A DNA stretch of 64,000 nt from a virus. Positions 1 through 9,752 of the stretch are shown here, one piece after another (position 1 is the stretch's first letter; each line of letters begins with the position of its first letter). The position numbers and the translations under genes were made by a program. Location of the stretch: IMG/VR virus record IMGVR_UViG_3300046171_000197, one strand, 5' to 3'. The notes under the pieces were generated by a model that saw only the letters and a program-made list of their open reading frames with translations, was not told where the DNA came from and ran no database searches.

Positions 1-3000
1 GTTTTTAATTCAAAAACCTGATGGTTCGGTACCTGATGGCACTGATGTAACTTCCGATCAGATTATCCCTCTCGGTGCAGCTCCAACCTCTGGTCTAAAT
101 GATTACTCTGTGTCAATTCCAGATTATGCAAGGGCAGCTGGCACACAATTTATTTTACTACAAGCGTTTTCAAGTGGTCCTACCTTTGATAATTATGGTG
201 TAACTGAAATTAAATTTCAAAGAAAAACACCAATAACTGTTTTTGTTTCTCTTGATAATCCAGAGGCATCATCATTTATTCGTGGTGCAGAACAAGGTTC
301 AACTCCAAAGAAAAGAAAGAAAGATGTAGATGATAAGTTAACAGCATCAGATGAATATACAACATTCAAGTTTGGTAATGAGTTTCCTGGTCAAGAGGTT
401 AGAGTTGGTGGAGAAGATCCATTCAAAGGTACAAAAATTGGAGATGATGTTGAACCATCACCACAAGGTAAAGATGAAGTTAAAAAATCATTTGGAGATT
501 TCAATAATAAAGCATCTGCAACATCTCCCCGTAGTCCTTCCACTGCTCAACCAGAGGCAGAACCAGAACCTGTAGCACCATCAGCTCAAACAACGATGGC
601 ACCAACAACTGATGATGGTGAAGAATTACCTGTGAAAACTGTTGGTGGTAAAAATTCAGGAGTAGTTCAAGGTGCAGACGCAGCAACTTTAGATGCACAA
701 GAACCAGAAACAACTGAACCAGAAACAACTGAACCAGAAACAACTGAACCAGAAACAACTGAACCAGAAGCAATTGAACCAGAACCACCAGACGAAACTA
801 AAACTTCAGACGAAGTAGAAGAAATAGAAAATGAAAAATACAACGCAAAGGCAGATGAAAGTGCTAATGCCATTGATAATCTTATTGACTTTAGATTAGA
901 TCAAGGTCTTAAAAGTTTTAATGCAATAGCACAAGTTACTGGGGTTGTTATTAATACAGCCGTTAATATTGGTGCTTTCGCAGCAAATGTTCTTGGATTT
1001 AAAGAAGCAAATGGATTTGTTTCGATGATTGGAAAAATTCAAAACAGTATTGATATCGCACGAAGTGTTCTTTCAGGTAAAGTTACTAATGCAAATGTTC
1101 TTCCGCAGGAGATAAAATCATTTACTGATAGTATGAAACTAGATGAGTTTCAAGCAAAGAAAATTTTCATTTCTGATGTAAGACATGAGTATGCTGATGA
1201 TAATATCTACGTTAAAGATGGTAAAATATATCAAAATGGTGATGGTAAAAATAAAAAAGGACTATATGCGACACCATTAGCAAACCAAGGATTTGAAACA
1301 TTAGATACTCATGGAAGTGGATATGCACAAATGATTATTCCAAAAGATGGATCTGAACCTTATCTTCATTATTATGATCATAATTATGAAAATTTAAATA
1401 ATGCTGGTGACGTAAACCCCACTGGTGGAATAATACAATCAATAGATGAGATATGGAGCAGTCTATTTGGACCAGAGGATTGGACTGCTCCTGATGGTAG
1501 AGTTTATAAAGGATTAGGAAAGGCAAATCCAGTAGATATTGTTGCTGCAGGATTTAAATCAATATCACACGTAATTCATCAATTAAAGTCTGCTAATACA
1601 AAATTTCTTCCTACAAGACTTAAAGATTCGATGTTAACATATTTTGGATCATTTGATCAGGTATATGAGGGTCTATTAAAGACATCAATCGAAGGATTCC
1701 CACCTGGTATTCATGGTTCAGCATTAACTGATTTTAAAGTTCCTTTATCAAAACTCCCACAGGAAACTCAAGATATGATTGCAGGTCATCCACTCTCTTG
1801 GACTCCAGAAAGAATTGAAAATATGACTCCCGAACAAATTAATGAACAATTATATCCTCTTCTTGAAACAGAAGAACAGTTTCAAAATTACCTTGATTTC
1901 ACCACTGATATAACCAAGATGTCCACAGAACCTGTGAACACAGTGCCATTTGCAGTTGCTATGCAGGAAATGGATGAAATATATTCTGAATTTGAACCAT
2001 TTGATCAGGAATTTAATGAATTATTAGAGAAACCGTATAATGAGAGTCCATTTACACAGGCACAAAGAGCAGCTTATGAAGATATGCAAACTTTAACTGC
2101 ACAGAATGATGAAGATATTAAAGAAAATCAAAATAAATTAGGTCCTAGTGCTCAATCTGCTCTTTGGGATAAATTAGTAAAACCTGCTTATGATGCATTT
2201 GTTAAAGCTACAACCACACCAGGTGGTAGTGTATCAGGTAATAGTCCAATAAAGAAAAGATTAGATAGTCAATACGCAAAATATAAAAAACAAGCAGATA
2301 AGATGGATGAGGATTATTATAGAATTCAACGTGAGATAAACGAGAAATATTATGAGCAATATGATAAATTATCTGAATATCTTAATGCTCAAGCAGTGAG
2401 TAGATCCGTTGAAGGTTATGAAGGTTATCCAACAACTGTGGATGAAAAGGGAAGAGAAAATTACACCACTCTAGATGGTGAAGTTATTACCAGTAGATTT
2501 AATCAAATTAAAGCTCATGTAGATGTTGCAAACCAAGTGTACGATCAAATGAATGCACTATATGAACCAGTGGCAGACTTACAAAAATATGTTGATGGTG
2601 CTTTCGTAAGAGAGGGTATTGGACAACAATTTGAAAAAGATTATGGATTTTCTGGAGATAATTGGTCTCCTGCGAAGAGTGGAGATGGTAAACCAAGAGG
2701 TGGTAGTGGAAAACCAAAATCAGATCCAAATCCAGATCCAAGATTTGCATATGCAGGAACTGGTGCTGACGCATCTACCTTTGCATTTGATGGTGGAGGT
2801 GGAAATGTAGATTCACTTATTGCCAGTGCAAAATCTGATGCACAGGAACTTCGATGGATTTTACAATCAGGTATGCCACTTACAGAGAAACAAAAGAATG
2901 ATATTATTAATAAAATAAATGGTTTGAAAAAAGCAGAACAACAACTTGGAGGTAATACACAAGTTGCTCATTATCAACCAAAAGGTGACAACATACTTGA

Positions 3001-3286
3001 AAAATATGCAAGACCTCAACCAAGAAGAGGACTTTTTGAAAAGGTTAAATCAAAAGGTTTCTTTAATCAAAATGATATTAAACCAATCTTCCCTGAGAAT
3101 CCACCACCAAAATTAGATCCAAAAACTGGTATGCATCCTCAGTATGGTAAGAAGGCAGGTCGTTACAAGAAATTAGATCCAATTAGTGCTAATTCCATGC
3201 CTCCTACAGGTGATCCAGAGATAGATGCAGTAGTCAATAAACAGAAGACAATCAACAAAATAAAGAAGATGGCAAGAAATAAGTAG
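1..3286 (+). CDS. Large hypothetical, probably virion-associated protein; 5' end lies before the window
   Basis: The frame of the 110..3286 ORF is open back to position 2 (FLIQKPDGSVPDG...). It has an acidic EPETT repeat linker and a Pro/Lys-rich C-terminus (FPENPPPKLDPKTGMHPQYGK) of a type I associate with cyanomyophage proteins next to psbA. Confidence 0.6.
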   Translation, partial: FLIQKPDGSVPDGTDVTSDQIIPLGAAPTSGLNDYSVSIPDYARAAGTQFILLQAFSSGPTFDNYGVTEIKFQRKTPITVFVSLDNPEASSFIRGAEQGSTPKKRKKDVDDKLTASDEYTTFKFGNEFPGQEVRVGGEDPFKGTKIGDDVEPSPQGKDEVKKSFGDFNNKASATSPRSPSTAQPEAEPEPVAPSAQTTMAPTTDDGEELPVKTVGGKNSGVVQGADAATLDAQEPETTEPETTEPETTEPETTEPEAIEPEPPDETKTSDEVEEIENEKYNAKADESANAIDNLIDFRLDQGLKSFNAIAQVTGVVINTAVNIGAFAANVLGFKEANGFVSMIGKIQNSIDIARSVLSGKVTNANVLPQEIKSFTDSMKLDEFQAKKIFISDVRHEYADDNIYVKDGKIYQNGDGKNKKGLYATPLANQGFETLDTHGSGYAQMIIPKDGSEPYLHYYDHNYENLNNAGDVNPTGGIIQSIDEIWSSLFGPEDWTAPDGRVYKGLGKANPVDIVAAGFKSISHVIHQLKSANTKFLPTRLKDSMLTYFGSFDQVYEGLLKTSIEGFPPGIHGSALTDFKVPLSKLPQETQDMIAGHPLSWTPERIENMTPEQINEQLYPLLETEEQFQNYLDFTTDITKMSTEPVNTVPFAVAMQEMDEIYSEFEPFDQEFNELLEKPYNESPFTQAQRAAYEDMQTLTAQNDEDIKENQNKLGPSAQSALWDKLVKPAYDAFVKATTTPGGSVSGNSPIKKRLDSQYAKYKKQADKMDEDYYRIQREINEKYYEQYDKLSEYLNAQAVSRSVEGYEGYPTTVDEKGRENYTTLDGEVITSRFNQIKAHVDVANQVYDQMNALYEPVADLQKYVDGAFVREGIGQQFEKDYGFSGDNWSPAKSGDGKPRGGSGKPKSDPNPDPRFAYAGTGADASTFAFDGGGGNVDSLIASAKSDAQELRWILQSGMPLTEKQKNDIINKINGLKKAEQQLGGNTQVAHYQPKGDNILEKYARPQPRRGLFEKVKSKGFFNQNDIKPIFPENPPPKLDPKTGMHPQYGKKAGRYKKLDPISANSMPPTGDPEIDAVVNKQKTINKIKKMARNK
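701..784 (+). repeat. 15-bp tandem repeat GAACCAGAAACAACT (EPETT)n
   Basis: Four perfect copies at 701-760, one imperfect copy at 761-775, and a partial copy to 784. Confidence 0.95.
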
Positions 3287-3295
3287 TTATACTTA

Positions 3296-3329
3296 TTGAC
3301 AATTGTGTAAAGTTTTGTTAATATAAATA
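3296..3329 (+). promoter_or_regulatory. psbA promoter: sigma70 -35 TTGACA, overlapping T4-type late box TATAAATA, HLR1-like repeat in the spacer
   Basis: TTGACA at 3296-3301 and TATAAATA at 3322-3329. Bases 3304-3321 read TTAACAAA-AC-TTTACACA on the minus strand, one mismatch per half-site from the RpaB HLR1 consensus. Confidence 0.7.
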
Positions 3330-3334
3330 CAACA

Positions 3335-3490
3335 GTGAGGGTTTCCTCACCATTAGAAAGGACTCGAAAAAATCGTAACCCTAACTACAAACTGCTCCCA
3401 ACCAAGACCTCTGTAGGCAGTATAATACCTCGTCTTTCATATCCAGTAGTGAGGGATTACTGGAAATAAATATCGCATCTTCCCTGATGC
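3335..3490 (+). ncRNA. Structured psbA 5' leader (PhotoRC-II-like candidate)
   Basis: Hairpins GTGAGG-GTTT-CCTCAC (3335-3350), TCCAGTAGT-GAGGG-ATTACTGGA (3442-3464) and GCATC-TTCCCT-GATGC (3475-3490). The last two loops are complementary. The Rfam family assignment is from memory only. Confidence 0.5.
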
Positions 3491-3511
3491 CCTATTTAAA
3501 ACGTCTTACTA

Positions 3512-4600
3512 ATGACAACTCTTTCAAAACAAGGCAGACAACAAGGTCTGTTAGCAGGCTGGCCACAGTTCTGCGAATGGGTAACATCAACAAACAACAG
3601 AATTTACGTTGGTTGGTTTGGTGTCCTAATGATTCCATGCTTACTCGCAGCAGCAGCATGTTTCATCGTTGCTTTCATAGCAGCACCTCCAGTCGATATC
3701 GACGGAATCAGAGAACCAGTAGCGGGTTCTTTCTTGTATGGTAACAACATCATCTCTGGTGCAGTTGTTCCTTCATCAAACGCTATCGGTCTACACTTCT
3801 ACCCAATCTGGGAAGCAGCAACAGTAGACGAATGGTTATATAACGGTGGTCCTTACCAGTTAGTTATTTTCCACTTCCTAATCGGAATCTCTGCTTACAT
3901 GGGCAGACAGTGGGAACTATCATACAGATTAGGTATGAGACCTTGGATATGTGTAGCATATTCAGCACCTGTATCTGCAGCATTTGCAGTATTCTTAGTA
4001 TACCCATTCGGTCAGGGATCTTTCTCAGACGGAATGCCACTAGGTATCTCAGGTACGTTCAACTTTATGTTCGTGTTCCAAGCAGAACACAACATACTAA
4101 TGCATCCTTTCCACATGGCAGGAGTAGCAGGTATGTTCGGTGGTAGTCTCTTCAGTGCAATGCACGGTTCTTTAGTTACTTCATCTCTAATCAGAGAAAC
4201 TACAGAAACAGAGAGTCAAAACTACGGCTACAAGTTCGGACAAGAAGAAGAAACATACAACATCGTGGCAGCACACGGTTACTTCGGTAGACTTATCTTC
4301 CAGTATGCTTCATTCAACAACTCAAGAAGTCTTCACTTCTTCCTTGCTGTATTCCCAGTAGTTTGTGTATGGTTAACCTCAATGGGTATCTGTACAATGG
4401 CATTTAACCTAAACGGTTTCAACTTCAACCAGTCTGTAGTAGACGCAAATGGTAAGATTGTACCAACATGGGGAGATGTTCTTAACAGAGCAAACTTAGG
4501 AATGGAAGTAATGCATGAGAGAAATGCACACAACTTCCCACTTGACCTTGCTTCAGCAGAGTCAACAACAGTTGCTTTAACAGCACCTGCAATCGGTTAA
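3512..4600 (+). CDS. psbA: Photosystem II reaction centre D1 protein
   Basis: Canonical D1 sequence ([55 protein letters not shown]). Intronless, with Gln130 (PYQL). Confidence 0.99.
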   Translation: MTTLSKQGRQQGLLAGWPQFCEWVTSTNNRIYVGWFGVLMIPCLLAAAACFIVAFIAAPPVDIDGIREPVAGSFLYGNNIISGAVVPSSNAIGLHFYPIWEAATVDEWLYNGGPYQLVIFHFLIGISAYMGRQWELSYRLGMRPWICVAYSAPVSAAFAVFLVYPFGQGSFSDGMPLGISGTFNFMFVFQAEHNILMHPFHMAGVAGMFGGSLFSAMHGSLVTSSLIRETTETESQNYGYKFGQEEETYNIVAAHGYFGRLIFQYASFNNSRSLHFFLAVFPVVCVWLTSMGICTMAFNLNGFNFNQSVVDANGKIVPTWGDVLNRANLGMEVMHERNAHNFPLDLASAESTTVALTAPAIG

Positions 4601-4622
4601 TTTCTTAACTGATATTCAATCT

Positions 4623-4645
4623 AGGCACCTTCGGGTGCCTTTTTC
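4623..4645 (+). terminator. Intrinsic terminator between psbA and psbD
   Basis: AGGCACC-TTCG-GGTGCCT followed by a T tract. Confidence 0.85.
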
Positions 4646-4658
4646 ATAGGAAAAATTA

Positions 4659-5735
4659 ATGGTAGCATCTACTTTACAAGCACCTACAAGGGGTTGGTTT
4701 GATGTTCTTGATGACTGGTTAAAGAGAGACCGATTTGTATTCATAGGTTGGTCTGGTCTTATACTTTTACCTTGTGCTTACCTTTCTATCGGAGGTTGGT
4801 TCGTTGGAACTACTTTCGTAACAAGTTGGTATACACATGGTATCGCATCCTCTTACTTAGAGGGAGCAAACTTCTTAACAGCAGCAGTGTCAACACCTGG
4901 TGATGCAATGGGTCATAGTCTTATGTTCCTTTGGGGACCTGAAGCACAAGGTTCATTCGTTCGTTGGTTACAACTCGGTGGACTCTGGAACTTCGTAGCA
5001 CTTCATGGTGTGTTCGGACTCATAGGGTTTATGTTAAGACAGTTTGAAATTGCAGGACTTGTTGGGATTCGTCCTTACAACGCACTCGCATTCTCAGCAG
5101 TTATTGCAGTCTTCACTAGCATCTTTTTGATCTATCCTTTAGGTCAGCATAGTTGGTTCTTCGCACCATCATTTGGTGTCGCAGCAATCTTTAGATATAT
5201 CTTATTCATTCAAGGTTTCCACAATATAACTCTCAATCCATTTCATATGATGGGTGTAGCAGGTATACTTGGTGGAGCATTACTCTGTGCCATTCATGGT
5301 GCAACAGTACAGAACACTTTGTATGAAGATACTTCAGTCTATACTGATGGTAAGGTTCAGAGTTCTACATTCAGAGCATTTGACCCTACACAGGAAGAAG
5401 AAACTTACAGTATGATTACAGCAAACAGATTCTGGTCACAGATATTTGGTATTGCTTTCTCTAACAAAAGATTCTTACACTTCCTTATGTTGTTCGTACC
5501 TGTCATGGGTATGTGGACATCATCAATCGGTATCGTAGGTCTTGCACTTAACTTAAGAGCATACGATTTTGTATCTCAAGAGATAAGAGCAGCAGAAGAT
5601 CCAGAGTTCGAGACTTTCTATACAAAGAACATTCTTTTAAACGAAGGTATGAGAGCATGGATGTCATCTGTGGATCAACCACATGAGAACTTCGTGTTCC
5701 CAGAAGAAGTATTACCTCGTGGTAATGCACTCTAA
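4659..5735 (+). CDS. psbD: Photosystem II reaction centre D2 protein
   Basis: [30 protein letters not shown] and [10 protein letters not shown] motifs. Extended loop [19 protein letters not shown] of the Prochlorococcus type. Confidence 0.99.
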   Translation: MVASTLQAPTRGWFDVLDDWLKRDRFVFIGWSGLILLPCAYLSIGGWFVGTTFVTSWYTHGIASSYLEGANFLTAAVSTPGDAMGHSLMFLWGPEAQGSFVRWLQLGGLWNFVALHGVFGLIGFMLRQFEIAGLVGIRPYNALAFSAVIAVFTSIFLIYPLGQHSWFFAPSFGVAAIFRYILFIQGFHNITLNPFHMMGVAGILGGALLCAIHGATVQNTLYEDTSVYTDGKVQSSTFRAFDPTQEEETYSMITANRFWSQIFGIAFSNKRFLHFLMLFVPVMGMWTSSIGIVGLALNLRAYDFVSQEIRAAEDPEFETFYTKNILLNEGMRAWMSSVDQPHENFVFPEEVLPRGNAL

Positions 5736-5761
5736 ACCAAAAACCACTTTTAATTTACATT

Positions 5762-5792
5762 TACCTCGGAAAAAATTTCGGGGTATTTTTTT
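5762..5792 (+). terminator. Intrinsic terminator after psbD
   Basis: Imperfect stem TACC-T-CGGAA/TTTCG-GGTA followed by T8. Confidence 0.65.
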
Positions 5793-5820
5793 GTCTATTA
5801 GACTTTTTTATAGATAAAAT

Positions 5821-6078
5821 ATGATCTTAGAAGAAGCCTGTCATTCTCTAAAACTTGAATGTGCCCTTAGAGATTTGGGGTTTGTGGATATCGGGTGGAA
5901 ATGTGTAGCACATGCAGGTATATTTTTCGTTCAACCAATTGGAATACCTGATGATCCAGATGGAGACTTATTAGGATTTTCTCTTTCATTACCAAATACA
6001 CATGATATGCGGAGAGTTCGTTTGATGCGAACTGCAAAGCAAGCATTAGATTATGCAGAAGGAAAAAATGGATATTGA
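5821..6078 (+). CDS. Hypothetical protein (85 aa)
   Basis: ORF track; co-directional with its neighbours and overlapping the next start. Confidence 0.6.
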   Translation: MILEEACHSLKLECALRDLGFVDIGWKCVAHAGIFFVQPIGIPDDPDGDLLGFSLSLPNTHDMRRVRLMRTAKQALDYAEGKNGY

Positions 6079-6421
6079 CTTTGAATTAGAAACTCAACAC
6101 TTATTTTTAATTGAAAGAGTTTGTAGAGCATGTGGCAAAGAGAAGAATTTAATTGCAGACTTTTATAAATGTCGTCCTGATGCAACAAAGATATCCTCTT
6201 ATGCATACGAATGTAAAGAGTGTACTCGTGATCGTGTGAGAGAATATGAGAATAAAATTAAGAAGAAATATAATATTGGTGCATGTATAATCTGTAAAGA
6301 AACAAATACAAAAGTGTCAAACAATGTGTGTTCAAACTGTGAAAAAGGTCTAAAAGGATTCAAACATAGTGTTGACACCCTTAAAAATGCCATGCTATAC
6401 TTAGATGAAAATAATAAATAA
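6068..6421 (+). CDS. Endonuclease VII-like Zn-finger protein lacking the catalytic DHxH segment
   Basis: CRAC..CKEC N-terminal finger and CIIC..CSNCEKGLKGF..L.NAMLYL, matching the EndoVII C-terminal pattern, but with no VDHxH..GxVRGLL. ATG at 6068 preferred as start. Confidence 0.55.
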   Translation: MDIDFELETQHLFLIERVCRACGKEKNLIADFYKCRPDATKISSYAYECKECTRDRVREYENKIKKKYNIGACIICKETNTKVSNNVCSNCEKGLKGFKHSVDTLKNAMLYLDENNK

Positions 6422-6443
6422 ATTTTAACTTACAAAGGATTTT

Positions 6444-6584
6444 ATGGCTAACGATCTCTGGCACGATATGAGTGTTCTTAATTCACTATATGAAGAACTC
6501 ATGTGGGACAACCAAGATGATATTCAATTTAGAATTGAAGATGAAAGAATTGTAATAAGAAACGTAACAGTCGAGAATGAATAA
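6444..6584 (+). CDS. Small hypothetical protein (46 aa), not in the ORF track
   Basis: AAGGA RBS then MANDLWHDMSVLNSLYEELMWDNQDDIQFRIEDERIVIRNVTVENE; the stop overlaps the next ORF. Confidence 0.65.
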   Translation: MANDLWHDMSVLNSLYEELMWDNQDDIQFRIEDERIVIRNVTVENE

Positions 6585-6828
6585 ATCTTATGATGATTCC
6601 AACTGGAGAGAGGAATACAAAGCATTTACAACCAATAAAAGACATCTTGAATTACTTGAGAACGGACCTCATAGTCTTTCTCAAGCATGGTTGTTAGGTG
6701 CTTTGCATAATGAATGGAAAAGAATCAAGGGATATAAAGATGAATACCCAGAAGAAAACAAGGGACAATTACAATCCTCTCTTTCAGAATGGGAAGAAAA
6801 TATAAAAAAATATAAAAACGATAAATAA
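6577..6828 (+). CDS. Hypothetical cyanophage protein (83 aa)
   Basis: ORF track; translationally coupled to the upstream ORF. Confidence 0.65.
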   Translation: MNKSYDDSNWREEYKAFTTNKRHLELLENGPHSLSQAWLLGALHNEWKRIKGYKDEYPEENKGQLQSSLSEWEENIKKYKNDK

Positions 6829-6847
6829 TTGCAAGTCGCAAGCACGT

Positions 6848-7219
6848 ATGACAATTTTATCTTCTCCTCAACAGTATTTGTTTAATTTGGAAACCACAAG
6901 TTCACAAGAAGCAAAAAGGTTATGGAGGAAAAAGATAAAAGAAACATGGGATTATGAGTGTGCTTACTGTGGATCAGGCAATAATTTAACAATAGATCAC
7001 ATCGTTCCTCGTTCAAAGGGAGGAACAGACTTTACAAAGAATGTACTATGCTGCTGTCATTCCTGCAATCAAGATAAGTCACATACTCCGTGGGAAGAAT
7101 GGTATTTCTCTCAGGAGTTTTTTAGTAATGAGAGACATGAAAAGATAAAAGAATGGATGGAACCAGACCCTCCAACCAACTTATTTGCTTATCGACCAAG
7201 ACGGAATAATGCAACTTGA
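6848..7219 (+). CDS. HNH endonuclease
   Basis: CAYCG..LTIDHIVPRSKGG..NVLCCCHSCNQDK motif; ATAAATA upstream at 6821. Confidence 0.9.
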   Translation: MTILSSPQQYLFNLETTSSQEAKRLWRKKIKETWDYECAYCGSGNNLTIDHIVPRSKGGTDFTKNVLCCCHSCNQDKSHTPWEEWYFSQEFFSNERHEKIKEWMEPDPPTNLFAYRPRRNNAT

Positions 7220-7278
7220 ATAAATAACTCAATAGGTAGTATATACTGCTTTATTTTGGTAAATACCGAATGAAATAA

Positions 7279-9705
7279 ATGGCAACACCATTCAGGCTGA
7301 AAAGGTCTGCGATTGCAAGTAAGCGTCCAGCGACGACTGATCTTCAATTAGGAGAATTAGCACTCAATACTTATGACGGATATCTTTACACCGAGAGAGA
7401 AGGTGTAGGGTTAGCAACCGTTACAAATCTTACACCTTGGTATGAGAACTATGGTGGTGGATCAATATATTATAGTAATTCAGTTGGTATTGGAACAACA
7501 GTTCCTCAGTATAACTTAGATGTACGCAAGGGTTCCATAGGTGGATACGATACTCTTGTAGCACAACACTCAGATGTAATAAAAGAAATTGCGGTAACAG
7601 TCGCAAGTAAGACAGACGATCATAGATATCAAGGACAGGGAAGTGGAAATGGATATGTACTCGATGGTATTCAATCTCCTGTACTTACATTAACACCAGG
7701 TAGAACATATAAATTTAATCTAAGTTCAAGTGACATGTCTAGTCACCCATTTAGATTCTATCTTGATGAAGCAAAATCAGTTCAATATACAACTAACGTT
7801 ACCACAACATCTACTTCTGCACAGATAACGATAACAGATGATACTCCAAATATTCTGCATTATCAGTGCTCATCACACGGGTATATGGGTAATGCCCTTA
7901 TTATCAATTCAAATGTAATAAACACACCTTATGCTGCAATCATTCGTAATGGATTAGATGTTTTAAGTGGTAATGTTGATATCTCATCTAACTTAAATGT
8001 CACAGGTAACTTAGATGTTGATGGTGATACCACATTAGATATCACTACGATTGATGGTTTACTTGATATTAATGCAGGTGGTCAGGCAAATACATTTAAA
8101 GTCGAAGATTTAACAGCAGGTCGTGTTGTTATTGCTGGAACTGGTGGAGAGATAGAAGACAGTGGAAACTTATTATTTAATGGAACAGATTTATCAGCAG
8201 CATCACTAATTGTATCTGACTTAACATCTGGTCGTGTTGTAATTGCTGGTGGTTCGGGAGCGGTAGAAGATAGTGGTAATTTGACATTCAATGGAACACT
8301 ATTAAATGTAACTGGTAATATAACCGCATCTGGAACTATAACTGCAAATACATTTGTTGGAGATGGATCTTCTTTAACTGGTATCACAACTGCATTTGGT
8401 AATTCAAGTGTAAACAGCACAGGTATCGCAACCTTCTCTAAGTTATCAACTGGTGCAAATGAAGTTGGTATTAATATTACTAACAATACAATTACAGGTC
8501 CAAAAGAAATCTTTATTGATCCTGCAGGTGTTGGAGTTAATACTGGTAGTGTAAGAATTAAAGGTGATTTATATGTAGATGGTTCAACTATATCGGTTAA
8601 TACAGGAGACATTGAGTTTGGTGACTTTGTAGTTGGTATTGCATCAACAGTTCCTACAAATGCACTATTAGATGGTGCAGGTATTGGTATTGGTTCAACA
8701 GGTATAAGGAAGTTTATAAGATATAACAACGCTGCTAATATATTACAATCATCAATTGGTTTTGGTGTAACTGATATTGGTGTTTACAAAGCGGGAACAA
8801 GCACTGTATTGAGTAAAACAACTCTTGGTTCTACTGTTGTTAACTCTTCATTAACAAGTGTTGGAACATTAGGAGCACTTACTGTTTCAGGTCAAACAGT
8901 TGTTGGTTCAGGAGTAACACTAAATGCAAATGGTGTCATTGCAACTGGCATTATTACCGCAAGTAGTTTCAGAGGTGACGGGTCACAGTTAACAGGTATC
9001 GATGCATCCTCACTTAAATTTGGTGGTGCTGTTAAAGTTCAGGCAAACGCAAGTGGTGCAACAGTTACAGGTATCTTAACTGCTTCTGGTGGTTTCTCTG
9101 GTAATGCCACAACAGCAACTGATCTTTCAATCAATGGAACTAATCAGTTATTATATCAGGCAGGTAATAATAACTCAGCAATTCTACCAACAGGTACTTC
9201 AGGTCAAATACTTCAATCAAATGGTTCAGGTTCTGCTCCACAATGGGTGACTTCTGCTCCTGCTGGTGCGATTGAAGGTATCACAATTCGTGATGAGAGT
9301 GCAGTTGTTGGTTCAGCAAATAGTATTTCAACGATTAACTTTGTAGGAAATGGGGTTGTTGCTGATGCAGCTGTTGCCGCTGGTATTGCAACTGTCACAA
9401 TTAATGCTGGTGTTGCAGTATCTGAGGGTAGTGGCACAAAAGCAACTGGTGCTATAGGACTTGACTTTGTAGGTCCTGTGGTAAGTGTTGACGCAGTATC
9501 TAATACTGGTATTGCTACAGTTCGTGTTGAAGGTCTATCAATTAAAGACGAAGGATCAACAGTTGGAACTGCTGGTAGTATCACTACAATCAACTTTGTT
9601 GGTGCTGGTATCGCAGCTGCTGTTTCAGGTGATACTGCGACTGTTACATCTGCTGGTGGTGTTACGAATGCTGACGTTGTTGCTCTGGCGATTGCTTTGG
9701 GATGA
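7279..9705 (+). CDS. Tail fibre / virion structural protein (808 aa)
   Basis: N-terminus RLKRS..LQLGELALNTYDG, Gly/Thr-rich beta repeats, F.GDGS.LTG hinge motifs; late box at 7220. Confidence 0.8.
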   Translation: MATPFRLKRSAIASKRPATTDLQLGELALNTYDGYLYTEREGVGLATVTNLTPWYENYGGGSIYYSNSVGIGTTVPQYNLDVRKGSIGGYDTLVAQHSDVIKEIAVTVASKTDDHRYQGQGSGNGYVLDGIQSPVLTLTPGRTYKFNLSSSDMSSHPFRFYLDEAKSVQYTTNVTTTSTSAQITITDDTPNILHYQCSSHGYMGNALIINSNVINTPYAAIIRNGLDVLSGNVDISSNLNVTGNLDVDGDTTLDITTIDGLLDINAGGQANTFKVEDLTAGRVVIAGTGGEIEDSGNLLFNGTDLSAASLIVSDLTSGRVVIAGGSGAVEDSGNLTFNGTLLNVTGNITASGTITANTFVGDGSSLTGITTAFGNSSVNSTGIATFSKLSTGANEVGINITNNTITGPKEIFIDPAGVGVNTGSVRIKGDLYVDGSTISVNTGDIEFGDFVVGIASTVPTNALLDGAGIGIGSTGIRKFIRYNNAANILQSSIGFGVTDIGVYKAGTSTVLSKTTLGSTVVNSSLTSVGTLGALTVSGQTVVGSGVTLNANGVIATGIITASSFRGDGSQLTGIDASSLKFGGAVKVQANASGATVTGILTASGGFSGNATTATDLSINGTNQLLYQAGNNNSAILPTGTSGQILQSNGSGSAPQWVTSAPAGAIEGITIRDESAVVGSANSISTINFVGNGVVADAAVAAGIATVTINAGVAVSEGSGTKATGAIGLDFVGPVVSVDAVSNTGIATVRVEGLSIKDEGSTVGTAGSITTINFVGAGIAAAVSGDTATVTSAGGVTNADVVALAIALG

Positions 9706-9706
9706 T

Positions 9707-9714
9707 TATAAATA
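9707..9714 (+). promoter_or_regulatory. T4-type late promoter TATAAATA (one of a series)
   Basis: (A/C/T)TAAATA boxes lie just upstream of starts at 6821, 7220, 9707, 10628, 12037, 14115, 16218, 16691, 19905, 21102, 22541, 23139, 36472, 37127, 42252, 47098, 52506 and 55889. Minus-strand boxes occur at 35689-35696 and 36496-36502. Confidence 0.8.
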
Positions 9715-9752
9715 TCTCAACGGGGATATTGCACCTTTTTAAACTATAAAAA

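Noticed and set aside
701-784. CRISPR-like array
   Set aside because: The repeats are contiguous, in frame, have no spacers, and encode EPETT.
3337-3348. 12-mer GAGGGTTTCCTC shared by the psbA leader hairpin and the sRNA terminator (25969-80)
   Set aside because: It is short, half of it is forced by self-complementarity, and there are only two copies; this is not enough to claim a shared signal.
3512-4600. Group I intron or unusual (rogue) D1
   Set aside because: The ORF is continuous and of normal length, and the Mn-cluster ligand region looks canonical.
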